From: Octopus bimaculoides | Taxonomy: Eukaryota | NCBI RefSeq assembly: GCF_001194135.2 | Contig: NC_068998.1 | Coordinates: forward strand, 1,893,923 to 1,957,922 | Reading direction: 5' to 3' | DNA: 64,000 nucleotides | In this document: positions 12,209-60,590 of the stretch, piece by piece | Layout: each line of letters opens with the position of its first letter | How positions within the stretch are numbered: the stretch's first letter is position 1 | The notes under the pieces: model-generated | Told to the model about the DNA's origin: nothing | The model's input: the letters and a program-made list of their open reading frames with translations, nothing else | Databases searched by the model: none | Made by a program: the position numbers and the translations under genes

Positions 12209-13280
12209 NNNNNNNNNNATGTGAGCATATACATGCAAACTACAAGTGCACATGCACACATACATACTCTACACACACACACCATCAATATCATTTTCCA
12301 CATCTATTTTCTAATATTTATGTGGGTTGGACGTGTCTGCTTTTTTACAGTGTTTCACCACTTGTAGTATTCCTTTGTCCTCATTTTTATAAGCTTCAAC
12401 ATCCTGAGATGAGTTTCACCCCTTCTGCACAACTCTTCCTTCGTCTACCTCTTCCACATTGATCTCCTGGCACTTCTTTACCCAATTATCCTTCTTCCTA
12501 TACAACACAGTCTCCTCCCAAACACATTACAACTCTATTCAATTTCAGACCAAGTTGCTCTCTCAACACATTTACACTCAGATGTTCCTATCCACAGCTA
12601 AACATGTCCACCTCAGTTTTCTTCTACCATTTACACTTCTTTCTCAGTCAATTCTCATGTTTCTTTACCCTGCAGTATCACACTTAGTCCACAAGTATCA
12701 TACAATTGGTCCTTCACTCAGAGACAGAATCTCTTTGATGCCAACAGAGATAGGCATTTTTTTTTTCTTCGTCTCTTACTCATTTTAGTCAATAATATCT
12801 TCACAAATATATATATATATATATATGTAAAATATTATTATAAAATCTGGTAATTAGTCATATATTAATTAATATCGAATAATTGAGAACAAGGTAATCA
12901 GAATGTTGGATGATTATAGACATTTTTATTAACATTTTTAGCACTTTCTTTCGTGAAAGGAGTCTTTTGTATCCGTGTGGTCAAACTTGTTTGATTAGAC
13001 TTCAATATGTTGTTTTTTACCCCCACTTAGTAACTTTTGGGGTGGGGGAGAAAAGGAATTTTTTGTTTTCAAGTGACCACTTTTTCTTCCTCACCTAAAA
13101 GGTCACTAAGTGAAAAAAAAACAACATATTGAATTCTAATCAAACAAGTCTGACCACATTAATACAAAAACCTCCTTTGATGGAAGAAATGTATATAAAA
13201 ATTAATAAAAAAAATATAATCATCCAACATTCTGACTACCATGTTATTCTCAATATACAATCACTTCAAAAACTCTCTAC

Positions 13281-13324
<44 letters not shown>

Positions 13325-13331
<7 letters not shown>

Positions 13332-13490
13332 CTTCCTCACAGTTTCCATCTACCAAATCCACTCAGAAGGCATTGGTCAGTTCAGGGCTATAGTAGAAGA
13401 CACTTGCCCAAGGTGGCATGCAGTGAGATTGAACCCAAAGCTGCATGGCTAGAAAGCAAGCTTCTTAACCACACAGCCATGCCTGCACCC
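13325..13490 (-). mobile_element. CORE-SINE-like head
   Basis: Reverse complement gcaggcatggctgtgtggttaagaagcttgc..gggttcaatc..ccttgggcaagtgtcttctactatagcc. Confidence 0.7.
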
Positions 13491-14334
13491 AATCAATGGC
13501 TCCCAGAACTTCTTCCAGCTCACTTCAATTAGGGTTACCAATGCTTTCCAAACATGCCCCACCACCACCTAAATCAGTGCTTTTCCGACAAACATTGGCC
13601 CCCACTACCACTAAAATACTGCAAAATCTCGGCCCTCCCCCACCCCTCCTCATTAATAAAAAGACAAAAAAACAGTTTGCTGCATCCCTGTTCTTCCTTT
13701 CGTCCCCCATGGGGTTAGACAAGTCCAGATTTATTTTACTAAAACTTACAAACTGTCTTCATCCCCGCTCCCCTGTTGGCCCTTTTCCCTTCCCTTATGA
13801 GACACACTAACCCAGATATCAGAAGCCAGCAGACAACTTCCAAAGGGACCTTATTTCACTGCTGCCCTTAGTGCTAACTTACTGTCTAATTAGCTACATG
13901 ACCAATCCTTCTTCTGTCAGCTTGTCTATAAAATCCCACTGCACCCCCCACCATCAACCTATACCACACACACACACACAGAAATACATACATGCACGCA
14001 CATTTAATTAAACACATATATGCATAATAAACACACACAAGTATATACACACTGTCATAGATACAGTGTATGTAATCCAACATACACAGCAGGGGTTCAA
14101 ACTAAAACAAGTGCACAGCTCTTTCAGAATTTTCCTTTTCAAATACAAATTTGTTTTATTCTATTTTTTTTTAAACCATTTTATTTTTAACATATTTATT
14201 TGTTTGTTTTCATAGAATTTTTTTTTCTCAGTTTATAACAATAACAACTGCAGAACTTTCACAGAAATTGTTTTTTCATCTACCCACCCACCCCTTTTTC
14301 AGTTCCCTCTCATTTTCTTTCTCTTTCTCTATAT

Positions 14335-14335
14335 A

Positions 14336-14386
<51 letters not shown>

Positions 14387-14442
14387 TGTGTGTATACATA
14401 TATATATATATACATACACACCCACACATATACTGTGTATAT

Positions 14443-14473
<31 letters not shown>

Positions 14474-15430
14474 GCACAATATATATATACACACACACAC
14501 ACACACTTGCGTATATACACACACACACACTTGTGTGTGTGTATGTATGTATGTATATATATATCTATATATATACACACACACACGCACACAGAATATA
14601 TATAAAATAAAAGCAATAACAATTCAGACTAAGTGAAACTGGATCCGGCAACAAACAAATAGTAAAACAAAAAGTTTTCTTTTTCATATTTTTTGCCATG
14701 TTTTTTGGCTATCCTGCTGCTGCTGCTGCTAACATTCCAGCAAGTGAGAGAGAATTTGGCACATTTTGGTAACAACAACAAGAACATTTCCCCGCCATCC
14801 TCTACAACAGTTAATATCTATTATGACACTGCATGAACACCACAATGCATCTTCTCACAGCTTCTTGGACAAGAAGGAAAAAAGATTCCAGTCAATGAGT
14901 GAACCTTGTGGTTTGTTTGAGTTTTTACTGTGTGTGTGAGAGAGAGAGAAAGAGAGAAAGCGTGTGTTTGTGGGTGCATGTGTGTATTTGTGGTTGTGTG
15001 TGTGTGTGTGTGCAGCTGTGATTTGAATACATATATGCATGTGTAAGAGTGCATATATGCATAGACCTGTGTGTACGACTGCATGCATCAATGGTCATAC
15101 AAGTGGTGGTATACAGGTGTAGTTTATGTACAAATTTGTGTATGTGTGTATTAATGTGTGTGTGTGTGTGTGTACGACTGTATGTATGTATTGTCACCTG
15201 CACAGCTGCATACCTTTCTTTCGCAATTGTGTGTGCATTGCATGCATGTTACCACATGCATTTTGCATATAGTTGCATGCATCAAATGCATGTCATTGCA
15301 TATGAGTGCAAAGATATGTCTAGCAATGTATGTATTCATGCGTGCGTGTGTGTGTGTGTGTGTGTGTGTGTAGGTACTAGTGTTTCAGCTTATGTATGTG
15401 GTTTCCAATGTGTGTGCGTGTGTGTGTGTT
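14335..15430. repeat. Compound degenerate microsatellite block (TA/CA/TG/TGCA)
   Basis: Interspersed (TA)n, (CA)n, (TG)n and TGCA-rich runs with short unique spacers. Confidence 0.85.
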
Positions 15431-15629
15431 AACATAAAGAGTTTCTTTTCCTTCGTGTTGCAAAGTTCAAATAAACAGTTTTATTCACGTTTTGTTTGTT
15501 TTTTTGTTTCCCTTTAATCTTAAATCTTCTGCATTTAAATACGAGAACACAGGTTGGACCCACAACCTCCTCATTGAAACCTCAAGGTACACGTGGACAT
15601 CAATTTTACAGGAATGGGATCTGAGTGGT

Positions 15630-15815
15630 GGAGGCACATGGCTCAGTGGTTATAATGTTGGACTCACAAGCGTAAGATTGTGGTTTCAATTCCTGGACCA
15701 GGTGATGCATTGTGTTCTTGAGCAAAACCCTTCATTTCATGTTGCTCCAGTCCACTCTGCTGATAAAAGAGAGCAATCCTGCGACAGACTGGCACCCCAT
15801 CCAGGGGGAAATATA
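15630..15815 (+). mobile_element. tRNA-derived SINE
   Basis: ggcacatggctcagtgg..ggtttcaattcc..tgtgttcttgagcaaaac..ccagtccactc..gcgacagactggcaccccatccagggg. Confidence 0.7.
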
Positions 15816-16018
15816 TCTATATGCCAGGCAAACTAGAAAAGCAGCCCTATGCCCTTTACAGAGTAATGTGAAGAAACCAGGGTCTGAGTTAGAGGACAGA
15901 GCACAGACTTAAAACAAAAATTGAATTTTGTAAAAAAAAGCTAAAAATAAAATCTATCTTTACAAAAGAGCATACACAAGGACTGAACTCACAATAAGCA
16001 CTAACCTCTTCTCCTCCT

Positions 16019-16019
<1 letters not shown>

Positions 16020-16101
<82 letters not shown>
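16020..16101. repeat. (CA)n microsatellite, ~40 units
   Basis: Pure CA run. Confidence 0.95.
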
Positions 16102-16105
<4 letters not shown>

Positions 16106-17125
16106 CACTTCTATAAAACAAACTCAAAGGATGATTGTGTTGTTCCAAACATAAATCAGCCCCTTACAACAGACTTGCAAACCTTAGAGCAAAATATAAA
16201 CATTATTAAAACCTTATTGGTGCAAAACAAGGGGTTTCAGTAATGTTTATCAGAAAAATTCTTTCAAGAACTAGAAATATTATGTGGGGTTTTTTTCTCT
16301 TGGAAATTGTATCTGGAATTTAGCTACTTGTTAGAAAGATCATCAATCTCATTAAAGATCTAACATCAAATTAGATACAATTTCTTATATAAGTACAAGG
16401 CCAGAGATTTGTGGTGGGGTGGAGGAAATGCGATTATGTCAATCCCCCATGTCTGACTGGTACTTTATTGACCTTGGAAAGATGAAAGATAAAGTTGACA
16501 ACAGCAAGATTTCCTGTCTTGCAGCAAGTGCCGGTGCATTGTAAGAAGCATCCAGTATTCTTTGTGAAGGAGCTGGCATCAGGAAGGCATCCAGCCAAAG
16601 CAGACAATGGGATTCTTCAGCACAGCCCTGCGGTTCATTGGATCCTGTCAAACCTTCCAACCCATACCAGCACAGAAAACAAATGTAAGATGTTCACTGT
16701 CTGTTCTGTTGCATTCAGCTATTTCCAGTACATTTTTTCAGCTGGGATACTCCATCACTGCCAGACGTAATAAACAAGAAAGCCTAGATTAACTACAGCC
16801 TTATTCCTACAAGTTAAACTTCAACATTTAGAAAAAGATAACCCTGATGTCAAAATATGCAAGATTTGAAACCTGCCCATTGAAAATATGAACCAGTTGT
16901 CCAAGACCTTAAACATTTGGCCATGAGAAGTGGAACATGCCAAATGGAAAATACTCTACAGATCCGAACATGCATTAAGTTAACCTTAACACTTTCATGA
17001 TTGGTATCTATTGAATGAGACCAATTTTTCTGGGATAGGATACCAGTTGCTCACAAGTAGATTTCCCTAAACTAATTACAATCTGGAATTATTGTCTTGC
17101 ATATCAGACGAAACTTTTGATGACT

Positions 17126-17223
17126 TTAAGTCTTTCGCATTTAGAGCAGCCAAATCCAGCCGCAATGTTTTGCCTGTTTTATGTTCAAAGCTGGTGAAAA
17201 TAATCTGAATGCTAAAGGATTAA
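17126..17223. mobile_element. Internally deleted TTAA-flanked MITE (piggyBac-like ends)
   Basis: Left end ttaagtctttcgcatt and right end aatgctaaaggattaa are reverse complements; the interior matches 39768-39976. Confidence 0.55.
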
Positions 17224-19915
17224 ACCAAAACCTGTCAAGTTGACAATCCAGAATCTTATTTATCTGGTGGTGAGAAAAATGGTGGAGAGAGTTTCTGCCG
17301 AGTGAAACACAACAGAGCAGTGGATGCAACAAGGTTTTAAAACTCACAGACCACGAGGTTTTAAAACTCACAGACCACGAGGTTTCAATGAGGTATCAAG
17401 ACAGTTCCCTTTGTTAAAGAGAAGAATGTGAGGTATCAAGGGTTTAGAAGGGAGGAAAAAGAAAAAAAGGGGGTAAGACTATTATGAAGAGCTAGTTATG
17501 AATTAGCAAAGACAGAGTTTCTTTACTAAAACAATCAATCTGTAAAATAAAACAATACATACACACACACACACACATATATACATATATAAAATGCACA
17601 TTATAAATGCATGTCATTGCATTCAAACATAAACAAAAGTGCACAGTGTAAAGTTTTATATATATATATATATATATATATTTCAGCTGCTATTTATAAT
17701 TGTAACTGAAACTTCATTGATATGTTCCAAAGCTCCGTTTTTCAATTCATCGGGCAATAATAAATTTAAACAAACAACATTTATACACAAATGATTCAGA
17801 ATCAGTCACATGGATGTATGACAGTTCTTTGGCTTATTTTAGCCATTTTGCAGTCGAGGCCATGCTGAGAGCACAACCAATACAAACGGTAAAAGTGCTT
17901 TCAAAAAAATGTTGGGCAGCAGAAAGAATAAAGAAAATTTTCTCTTGAAAAAAAGCAGAGTTAAAAATAAAAGCTAAACAAAAATATTCACTCATAAAAT
18001 AAATGAAAAGAAAGAAAATGAAGTAAAAATAAAAAAAAAACTTAGTTTAAATTGAAAAATTTAATGTTTTATTCATTGCAAAGATTATTATTATTATTAT
18101 TATTACTAATAATAATAATAATATCAGTATTTTCAATAAGAAATATCACATTTGGTAAATTTTAGGTCAACAAGAAAAATAATAATAAAAACAAAGAAAA
18201 AAGAAATTAAGAAAATTTTGAAGTTAAAAAAAAAAAGACTTGAAAAAATATAAATAAAGATAAAAAATTCTTTGTTACCTTTTTAAATTGAGGGAAAAAA
18301 TCATCACTCCCCGTGCCTCCATGTACCAAAAATTTTAGATTATTTACAATATTTTTCAGAAAGGATGGGGGGCAGGGTAAAGATGACCTTTGGGTCAACA
18401 GATCAGAGTAGTTAATTGTGTAATTAATCAGACTTCTCTGATGAAGAGAGAGAGAGAACGAGAAAGACAAAGAAGTTGTTGGAGGTGGAATGGGGGTAGA
18501 TAAGAGGGAGGGAGAGACAGAGAAAGATGGGAAAGTCCAGATTAAGGCATGAGAATGAGGGACTGTCACCAGGGGTGAGGCCCTATGCCAGTTAGATGGA
18601 TGTCTCTGTCAGCTTGGATGGCACCTGTGCCAGCCATGGGGAGTCTCCACCAGTTAAGAGTGTCTGTTAGCTGATGGGACTTCTACCGAGGGTGGTGGTG
18701 GATCGAAGGGCCTCTAGAGAGTGAGTTATTAAAAATAACCATGTAAGGGGGCCCTTCATTTGTAGCCCAGGAGTCTACAAAACCTCATCTTGTTTCTGGA
18801 GATTGGGGAGTACAAAGGAGGAAGAGAAACCCCTAAAATCAGTGAACACACAACAATCAACAAAGATTAGCAAGTAAGCATCAGCTGGAGCATTCTGGCA
18901 GTCAGCTTTCAAATCCCAAAGGAAGCTTCTTTGCTTTATGTAGAAGAAGTAATAATGTTGGGAAAAGAAAAAAAAGTGTCTCAATATCTTACCCACTTCT
19001 GCCTCAAGTAATTATATATTTGTCCACCTGTTGATAGATAAAATTTCAACACACAGTTACTACTGAAACACAGTAGAGTCTGTAACTATCTGATTGGCTT
19101 CACTCACTGGGTTGTGGCCATTCTGAAGCACTATCTTGAAGAGGAAAATCAAATATTTTAACCCCAAAATTATATTTTTGGAAAAATTGCCAAAAGGAAA
19201 GGAATTGAAGCTGGTCAAGATTTGAACTAAATAACCACAAGGCATTTTAGCCAAAGCTCTACTAATTCTAGTCCCTACATAGTCAGGTATTTTAGAGACC
19301 TTAATGGGATAAAGTTAGTTGTGATGGGATTATTTAAAACCCCACAAACTGTCCTTTAAGATCCCATATGGAATCAATATAGCAGGGGCTCCTCTGTTGA
19401 TTGAGTTATTCCCACCCCTGAATATGCTTTCAAATTTTGGCACAAGGCCTGTAATTTAGAGGAGAAGGGGAAAGTCTGTACCTGGCTGTTACTTTATTAT
19501 ATCAACTGCAAAAGCATGGAAGGCAAAAACTGACCTCAGCAGAATTCGAACTCAGAACGTAAGAGAGCCAGAATGAACACCACCACTATTCTGCCAGTCA
19601 ACTGCCATAATAATAATAATAATAATAATAATAATAGTCATACTCACTTGAAAATTAAGAAACTTAAGGAACAAAAAAACATTTGTGAGTTATGACATTC
19701 ATGCCTTTCCCTGATAAAAGTTTTAAAAAGGAGACCCCTTATTTTCCCCATAAACGATGAAAGAAAAGAAAAAATCACCCCCCTCCCTCCACCTCAGTCA
19801 TTTCTCAGCTTTGATTGCAATCAGCGAGGGACCAGGTGGGACAATGAGGGGGTTTCAACATAAAGAATGTGTGTTTATTAAGAATCAGCAGTAAAGGATT
19901 TCAGACAACAACAAC

Positions 19916-19958
<43 letters not shown>

Positions 19959-20809
19959 AGTAGTGGTGGTGGTGGCAGTGGCGGTGCTGCTGAATTGGGT
20001 GCCTAACTCCAATTTCACGGTACTAAGCCACATGTGAGAATGAAAGAGAAACAGATCTGCTGCTGCAGCCACCAGACCCACCGATGAACAGAGAACCAGT
20101 TATATATTGTGACAAACCAAAGGATAGAAAACTAAAAAAAAACCAAACCCACCACCAGAAGATCTGTCCCCGATTCCTATCTCTCCATAGAGAAACTGGG
20201 GGAGGTCTTTTTTTAGGATAATAACCCAGAACCAAATAAGAAAATGGCAACAAGAGATGACAGAAGGTCACACCGTCCTTCAGCCTGGTCGTCAGCTAGT
20301 GAGTACAAGAGTACAGGAGTAATGCAACTGATTTAGAGTACTGATCATCTGGTACTTTATTCACCTCGGGGCCATCTGCCTCTACCCTGAGTTTTTGAGA
20401 AAGGGAAGAAGGGGAGCAGTAAACTTCCTGTCAGCAATGAAAACCCACCCCACACACACACACACATGCTCTCTCTATCTCACGCACAGACACACATTCA
20501 CAGCAATAATTATTTCTTGTGTTAATTAGACAGACACCAAATGTTAAAAGGCGAGAACAAAGTTGTCATAAGATAAATTATAAAAATTTGGAATTCAACT
20601 CCGTCAACATCCCCCATCCTACCCTGTGATCCCCAGTATATTACTGGTATAACACAGAATACTGTCGTTCCTTTTTTCCAACAATAAAATGCTAATGTCG
20701 CTTCTGGATTAATTTGGCCTTTGTCAATCATCATCATCATCATCATCATCCCACTTTAGAGTTAAAATATTTTACATTTTGCACCAGACTAAATTAGTTA
20801 AGGGTGGAA

Positions 20810-20980
20810 GGTAGGGAGACTATCAGTGAAAATGATCCAGTAGATGACTGGTACTTTAGCAAGCAACCCAGACCCTTCAGGATCCAAGATAAAGCCAGCC
20901 TCAACTAGATTTCAAACTCAGACCACAGATTGATACAGGGGAATATACCACAAAGTATATACCAATCCAATGCCCATCTC

Positions 20981-21011
<31 letters not shown>

Positions 21012-21240
21012 GTGGCAAAAGCTGGTAGAATAATTTAGTACACCGGGCAAAATGCTTAGCAGCATTTCACTTGTCCCTACGTTCTGAGTTCAAATTTGGT
21101 AGAGGTCAATTTTGCCTTCCATTCTTTCAGGGTCAATAAATTAAGTACCAGTGAAACACTGGGGGGTCAATGTAATTGACTAGTCTCTTCCCTCCAAATT
21201 TCAGGCCTTGTGCCTTCAGTAGAAAGGGCTATTATCTTTA

Positions 21241-21271
<31 letters not shown>

Positions 21272-21922
21272 GGACAAAATGCTTTTGTTTCCAGTTTGAC
21301 ATTTAGAGAAAGGATAAGCACCAGTTATGCACAGGAGTCAATGTAATCAACTAGCCCCCACCTCTCCCAAAATTTCAGGCTTTGTGCCCTTAAAAATTAT
21401 TACTATCATCATTGTCGTCGTTGTTCAGGCAGCAAAGATGGCAGAGTCCTTAGCTGGACAAAATGCTGAGAGGCATCTCATCCACCTTTACGTTCTGTGT
21501 TCAAATGTTGCCAGGGTCAGTTTTGCCTTTCGTCTTTCCAGGTTTGATAAAATAAGTACCAGTCACACAATGAGGTTGATGTAATCAACCACCTCCAGCC
21601 CACAAAGTTTCAGGCCTTTTCACTCAAGAGCAGAAAAATTGATGTCAATGTTACTTATTTTGGTTTGAAATAAAGCACTTGATCACTTCATAATCCTAGC
21701 TTAATCCGGGGCAATGCCGGGCTATACTGCTAGTAATAATAATAATAATAATAATACTTTCTGTTAAAGGCACAAGGCCTGAAATTTCAACTGATAATTT
21801 ATTGACCCTAAAAGGATGAAAGGTAAAGTCGGCCTATGAGAACTTGAACTCAGAACGGGAAAACAATTGAAATACCTTCAAGCATTTTGTCTGGCGTGCT
21901 AATGATTCTGCCAGCTCACCAC

Positions 21923-21962
<40 letters not shown>

Positions 21963-23075
21963 GTTTTTGATTTTGGTACAAGAATAACAACTGATTGGCA
22001 GGAGTGGGTTACTTGATGACATCAGTGCCTGTACTTCAGTGGAACTTTTATTTTAACAACCCCAGGAGAAAGAAAAATATTGACTTTAATAGGATTTGAA
22101 TTCAAAGTGAAAAGCCACACTAAATACCACAAGGAGTTTTATCTGATGCTCTACTGAGTCTGCCAATGCACAGATAGAAATTTATGAGATGGTATCAATT
22201 CATGACACACCAATTTTTTCGGGAGACCCTGTTATCTTACAGAATCAGTCTCCCTACAAGGCACAATTACAAAAACAAAAAATAAACAAAACAAAATAAA
22301 TGGCTAATTAAGAACTCGGGGACATCAAGATGTACTCTGGCACTCATTTAGTTCGGAATAAAAAAAAATATAACAGCAAAGACATTATGTAATAAAAATA
22401 AAAATAATTGTAATTTTGGCAGAAGTCCATCAGTTTTAGAGGGGGAGGGGCATAGCGGATTGCATCAACCCAAGAACTTGACTGGTATTTTATTTTACAG
22501 ACTCTTATATCCTAAGGAAAGTCTTGTCTCCACTTGAAACCTTTGGTAATTTGCAATAAACTGCTTTCAAGAAAAGAAAAACCAGGAATTAAGGTCTCCC
22601 TGAGTGTTAGAGAATAAATATAAGGAAAAATACTGAATAACAATAACAATTTTAGAATTTTGTCTTAAAATATCTATTTCTCAACAATAACACTGCAGGG
22701 ATCAATGTCATGTTGTATGAGGGATAGAGAGACAAGTAGTGACATCTGTTTTCACGAAGGACATTAAGACAAATGAAAGGATTTCAACAAAACAAAACTG
22801 AAACCAAACTGCTCAGTTGCCCATTATACAAATAATAATAAGAAGAAGAAAATGGCTTCAAATTTTGGCACAAAGCCAGCAAAGTTTAGTGGGGGAGGGT
22901 AAGTTGATTACATTGTCCCCTGTGCTCAACTGGTACCTAGTTTACTGAGGCCAAAAGGATGAAAGGCAAAGTCGACCTCAGTGTAATCTGAACTCACAAT
23001 CTAAAGACAGATGAAATGTTGCTAAGCATTTTGCCCAGCATGCTAACAATTCTGCCAGCTCACCACCTCCAATAA
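20810..23075. mobile_element. Cluster of ~6 SINE copies (GTCGACTTTGCCTTTCATCC..AAGTACCAG core, MetaSINE-like) in both orientations, separated by (TAT)n/(ATA)n
   Basis: + copies near 21010-21220, 21290-21390 and 21425-21620; - copies near 21760-21925, 22420-22500 and 22855-23070. Confidence 0.7.
21690..21734 (+). mobile_element. Possible Helitron-type 3' end
   Basis: GC-rich imperfect hairpin ccggggcaatgccggg followed ~9 nt later by CTAG|T. Confidence 0.35.
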
Positions 23076-23810
23076 TGATAATAATAATAATAATAATAAT
23101 AATAATAGTCTTCTGCAAAGGCATTTAACTGTTGAAAAGAAAAAGGGGGGAGGGAGGAGGTGTAATCAATTAAGTATTACTGACTCTAGGCCATTGTCCT
23201 TGACCTTAGAGGAGTAAGAGTTTAATTCAAAATTAAGCTGAACAAGATTCGGATATAAAACAGCAAGATGCCAAAGTAAAGCAAAACTACTGCTAGCATC
23301 AACTCACCTCCTCCCACCCCCATGATGGTAATTAGCATAATGATGATGATGATGATGATGGTGGTAACAATGTTATTGATGGTCAAGATTTCTTAAGAAA
23401 GAAGTCTTCCACAAACACCGCAAGTTTAAATAATGACGATGATGATGATGATGATGAGAAAATGGAGGCAAGGGAGCAGATTGAATTAAGGAACAAGAAG
23501 ATATTTGTCTCAAGATAAATGGATTTCTAATGGAATTCAAATCTTGGAATGGCTTTTTTTTTTCAACCCTCATAGCCAAAGATTGTGTGCATGTGACATG
23601 CACACATACACACATGTATACGTGTCACATGTATGTATATATGTACAGACACATACATACACACACATATACATACACACATATACATATATATATATAT
23701 ACATACATTTATATGTAGAGAGATGTACATGTCTTTCCATGTATTGGTGCATTCCTTACATAGACACATGCATGCACGCAATCACAAGACCACTGTTTTA
23801 CCTTTCCATC

Positions 23811-23852
<42 letters not shown>

Positions 23853-24455
23853 AAGAGGAGTGTAAGATGAGGGTGTGGGCACAGTGGGTGTGCGTCTATC
23901 AAATTAGTTGTACGAGAAATCCTTTGAAACAGGAAGGAAAATATATGAAAACCTTTTAGCAGGAAAAAAAATGAAATTAACAAAAACTGGACAAAAAATA
24001 AGAGAAAAAAACAATTCACCAGAAAAAGAACACAAACAAAAAAAGAATAAAAAGGAAAATTCAATTGAATGAAGAGAAAGAAAAGAAAAAAATGGTGTAG
24101 GAGAAGGAAATGGTGCCAAGTGATCAGTTTGGACATCGGTTAAGCCATATAAAGATAGCACCAAATGTTCAGAGGTGATAGGTAGGTCTACTGACTGTTT
24201 ATCATTTACAACATCCACCAGTTGGTACCCTGCAGCATCACAACTTTGGTCAACATCCAAACTTGTCTTTACCCAAGTTGGGGAGCGGGAAGAGACCTTG
24301 CTCATCCACCGCCGCCTTCCTTTTGTTTTGGATTTCTTTAATTCTGTCTTTGGGTAGGTTGGTTGATGTCTGGTTTTTTTTTTGTTTGTTTTCATTTTTA
24401 TGGGTTTTTTTTTTGACAGCAAGAATAACAAGAACAACAACAATAACTGTAACAA

Positions 24456-58956
<34,501 letters not shown>

Positions 58957-59147
58957 CCGGTAAGCCAATCGGTGGTGAGCTGTAGCCCCTCCAAGACAAA
59001 TAATTAAGGGTTGGTTGGTCGGTCGGTCGGGTGGTTGGGTTCCTTTCCTCAACTGACTGGTTCGTTGGTTGGATATTTTAAGGAAACAGCAGGGTGTGTG
59101 GGGGGGATGTGGAACTAGTTGAAATCTCCGTGTGTCAGTTGGACACA

Positions 59148-59190
<43 letters not shown>

Positions 59191-59209
59191 CAAAACACCA
59201 ATGTCACCT

Positions 59210-59693
59210 CCTCACCACTTGGTGGTGGTGGTGGTGCAACCTATGAGGCCAGCAGTAATGTCCCAGACAGTTTTTCAGTAATATCAGCAGTAATAAGAGT
59301 ACTATAGGTGTTAGTGGTGGTGGGTGGTGGGGAAGAGGCCTAGCTATGTAATAATGGAGCGACTGTGACAAACACTGTGACAAAGATAGGGAGGGAGGTG
59401 ATTGACAGAGGCAACAGAAGGAGGAGGGTAAGGAGGCGGGGTTGTGCAACACCGCCAACAAGGACAGTGGTGGTGATGGTGCAGTCGGTGGTGGTGGTGA
59501 TGGTGGTGGCAGTGCAGGTGGGTGTAGTTGTTGTTATTGGTGGTGGTGGTGTTGTAGTAGTAATAGCAGTGGTGGTGGTGGCGGCGACGGCGGCAGTGGC
59601 AGTCACAATGATGGCGATGACGACGTTGTTGGTGTTGTTGCTGCTGCTGCTGCTGTTGGTGTGGTGGTAGTAGTAGTAGCTGTGTCTGTAGTG
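59210..59693. repeat. Cryptic GGT/GGC/GCT/GTA trinucleotide low-complexity tract upstream of the MGAT4 ATG
   Basis: Visible triplet runs; explains the low-complexity ORFs on both strands. Confidence 0.8.
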
Positions 59694-60268
59694 NNNNNNN
59701 NNNNNNNNNNNNNNNNNNNNNNNNNNNNNNNNNNNNNNNNNNNNNNNNNNNNNNNNNNNNNNNNNNNNNNNNNNNNNNNNNNNNNNNNNNNNNNNNNNNN
59801 NNNNNNNNNNNNNNNNNNNNNNNNNNNNNNNNNNNNNNNNNNNNNNNNNNNNNNNNNNNNNNNNNNNNNNNNNNNNNNNNNNNNNNNNNNNNNNNNNNNN
59901 NNNNNNNNNNNNNNNNNNNNNNNNNNNNNNNNNNNNNNNNNNNNNNNNNNNNNNNNNNNNNNNNNNNNNNNNNNNNNNNNNNNNNNNNNNNNNNNNNNNN
60001 NNNNNNNNNNNNNNNNNNNNNNNNNNNNNNNNNNNNNNNNNNNNNNNNNNNNNNNNNNNNNNNNNNNNNNNNNNNNNNNNNNNNNNNNNNNNNNNNNNNN
60101 NNNNNNNNNNNNNNNNNNNNNNNNNNNNNNNNNNNNNNNNNNNNNNNNNNNNNNNNNNNNNNNNNNNNNNNNNNNNNNNNNNNNNNNNNNNNNNNNNNNN
60201 NNNNNNNNNNNNNNNNNNNNNNNNNNNNNNNNNNNNNNNNNNNNNNNNNNNNNNNNNNNNNNNNNNNN

Positions 60269-60590
60269 TTCATCCTTTCGGGGTCGATAAATTAGGTACC
60301 AGTTACACACTGGGGTCGATCTAATTGACTTAATCCCTTTGTCTGTCCTTGTTTGTCCCCTCTGTGTTTAGCCCCTTGTGTGCAATAAAGAAATAAGAAT
60401 CGTTAGCATGCAGGGGCAAAATGCTTCGGGACATTTCGTCTGTCTTTACGTTCTGAGTTCAAATTCCACTGGGGTTGACTTTGCCTTTCATCCTTGCAGG
60501 TTATGGATCGATATGATAAGCAACAGTCAAGCACTGGGGTTGAGGCAATCGCCACAAAATTGCTGGCCTTGTACCAAAATTTGAAAGCAA
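60269..60590 (+). mobile_element. Two MetaSINE-like SINE pieces
   Basis: catcctttcggggtcgataaattaggtaccagttacacactggggtcg and gaatcgttagcatgc..gttctgagttcaaattcc..gactttgcctttcatcc. Confidence 0.7.

Noticed and set aside
14268-15432. Many overlapping YIYI/HTHT/CVCV ORFs
   Set aside because: Translations of dinucleotide microsatellites; the same applies to similar ORFs at 23370-23960, 29300-30040 and 32000-32450.
17330-17385. Short tandem duplication aggttttaaaactcacagaccacg (2 copies)
   Set aside because: Simple local slippage duplication with no further structure.
19060-19254. ORF ending QIVTDSTVFQ as a candidate MGAT4 penultimate exon
   Set aside because: Lies downstream of the better-supported terminal exon and lacks the WVILSE motif and splice sites.
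23904-24455. 183-aa minus-strand ORF right after the MGAT4 stop (readthrough or extra exon?)
   Set aside because: No GnT-IV similarity, low-complexity ends, no good splice sites, and the stop context TGA-TTG is not a known readthrough signal; treated as 3' UTR.
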